Shown here one piece after another: positions 53,391 through 53,664 of a DNA stretch of 53,664 nucleotides (positions are counted from its first letter, which is position 1; the number at the start of each line of letters is the position of its first letter). Under the pieces are notes generated by a model. It was not told where the DNA came from and did not search any database. It saw only the letters and a list, made by a program, of their open reading frames with translations. The DNA lies in the NCBI GenBank assembly GCA_045863395.1, contig BTVJ01000049.1, positions 1 to 53,664 on the forward strand, in the 5' to 3' direction. Position numbers and translations under genes: made by a program. This DNA comes from Myxococcales bacterium (lineage in GTDB: Bacteria > Myxococcota_A > UBA9042 > JABWCM01 > BTVJ01).

Positions 53391-53664
53391 TTGCTCATGG
53401 CCTTGCGGACTTCGGCGAGGAGTGCCGAACACTCCTCGTGCGGAACCCCGAACTCCTTGCACCTGTCCAGAAGGGGCTCCAACTTGTCACTCCACGCTCG
53501 AGCCTCTCCGACAAGTCCAGACCAGCCCCGTCGAGCCTCGATCCTCATCCGCAACTTGCCCAGACCAAGAATCACCGCTGCCAGGACAGTTGTCGTGATG
53601 GTCAAGACGAGTGTTGACGCGCATCGGAAACCGCGCAAATCACAGCACGCCGGAGGGGGACTGG
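53387..53664 (-). CDS. 3' end of a membrane-anchored hypothetical protein (runs off window)
   Basis: Frame open to the window edge; one hydrophobic helix TLVLTITTTVLAAVILGLG; stop coupled to the next gene. Confidence 0.55.
   Translation of the reverse strand, partial: SPPPACCDLRGFRCASTLVLTITTTVLAAVILGLGKLRMRIEARRGWSGLVGEARAWSDKLEPLLDRCKEFGVPHEECSALLAEVRKAMSK

Overview
High-GC (~70-73% in sampled lines) bacterial chromosomal window. Gene content suggests a Myxococcota/deltaproteobacterial lineage (inference). It is dominated by secreted and lipoprotein surface proteins: several Cys/Asp-repeat proteins, two fibre-like paralogues sharing an N-terminal module, a thioester-intact alpha-2-macroglobulin, a lamin-tail/CotH kinase, a secretory lipase and an ARPP-1/DUF6569-like protein. 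Housekeeping genes include monomeric isocitrate dehydrogenase, YaeQ, a GcvR-like ACT protein, a VOC protein and a TetR-SDR unit with two visible operators. From ~37 kb onwards there are broken gene pieces: a GNAT fragment, two copies of an NrfD 3' end forming ~250-bp direct repeats around a 6.4-kb segment, a frameshifted and truncated Nif3, and a P-type ATPase fragment. These lead into a lower-GC terminal block (~51.8 kb to the end). That block holds the most novel-looking candidates: an overlapping HEPN + BolA-like gene pair (possible non-canonical toxin-antitoxin) and a WXG100-like (WxD) domain fused to a ParB/Srx domain (possible type VII-like effector). No tRNA, rRNA, CRISPR array, integrase or transposase was recognised. 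All family calls come from motif recognition by eye, not database searches.
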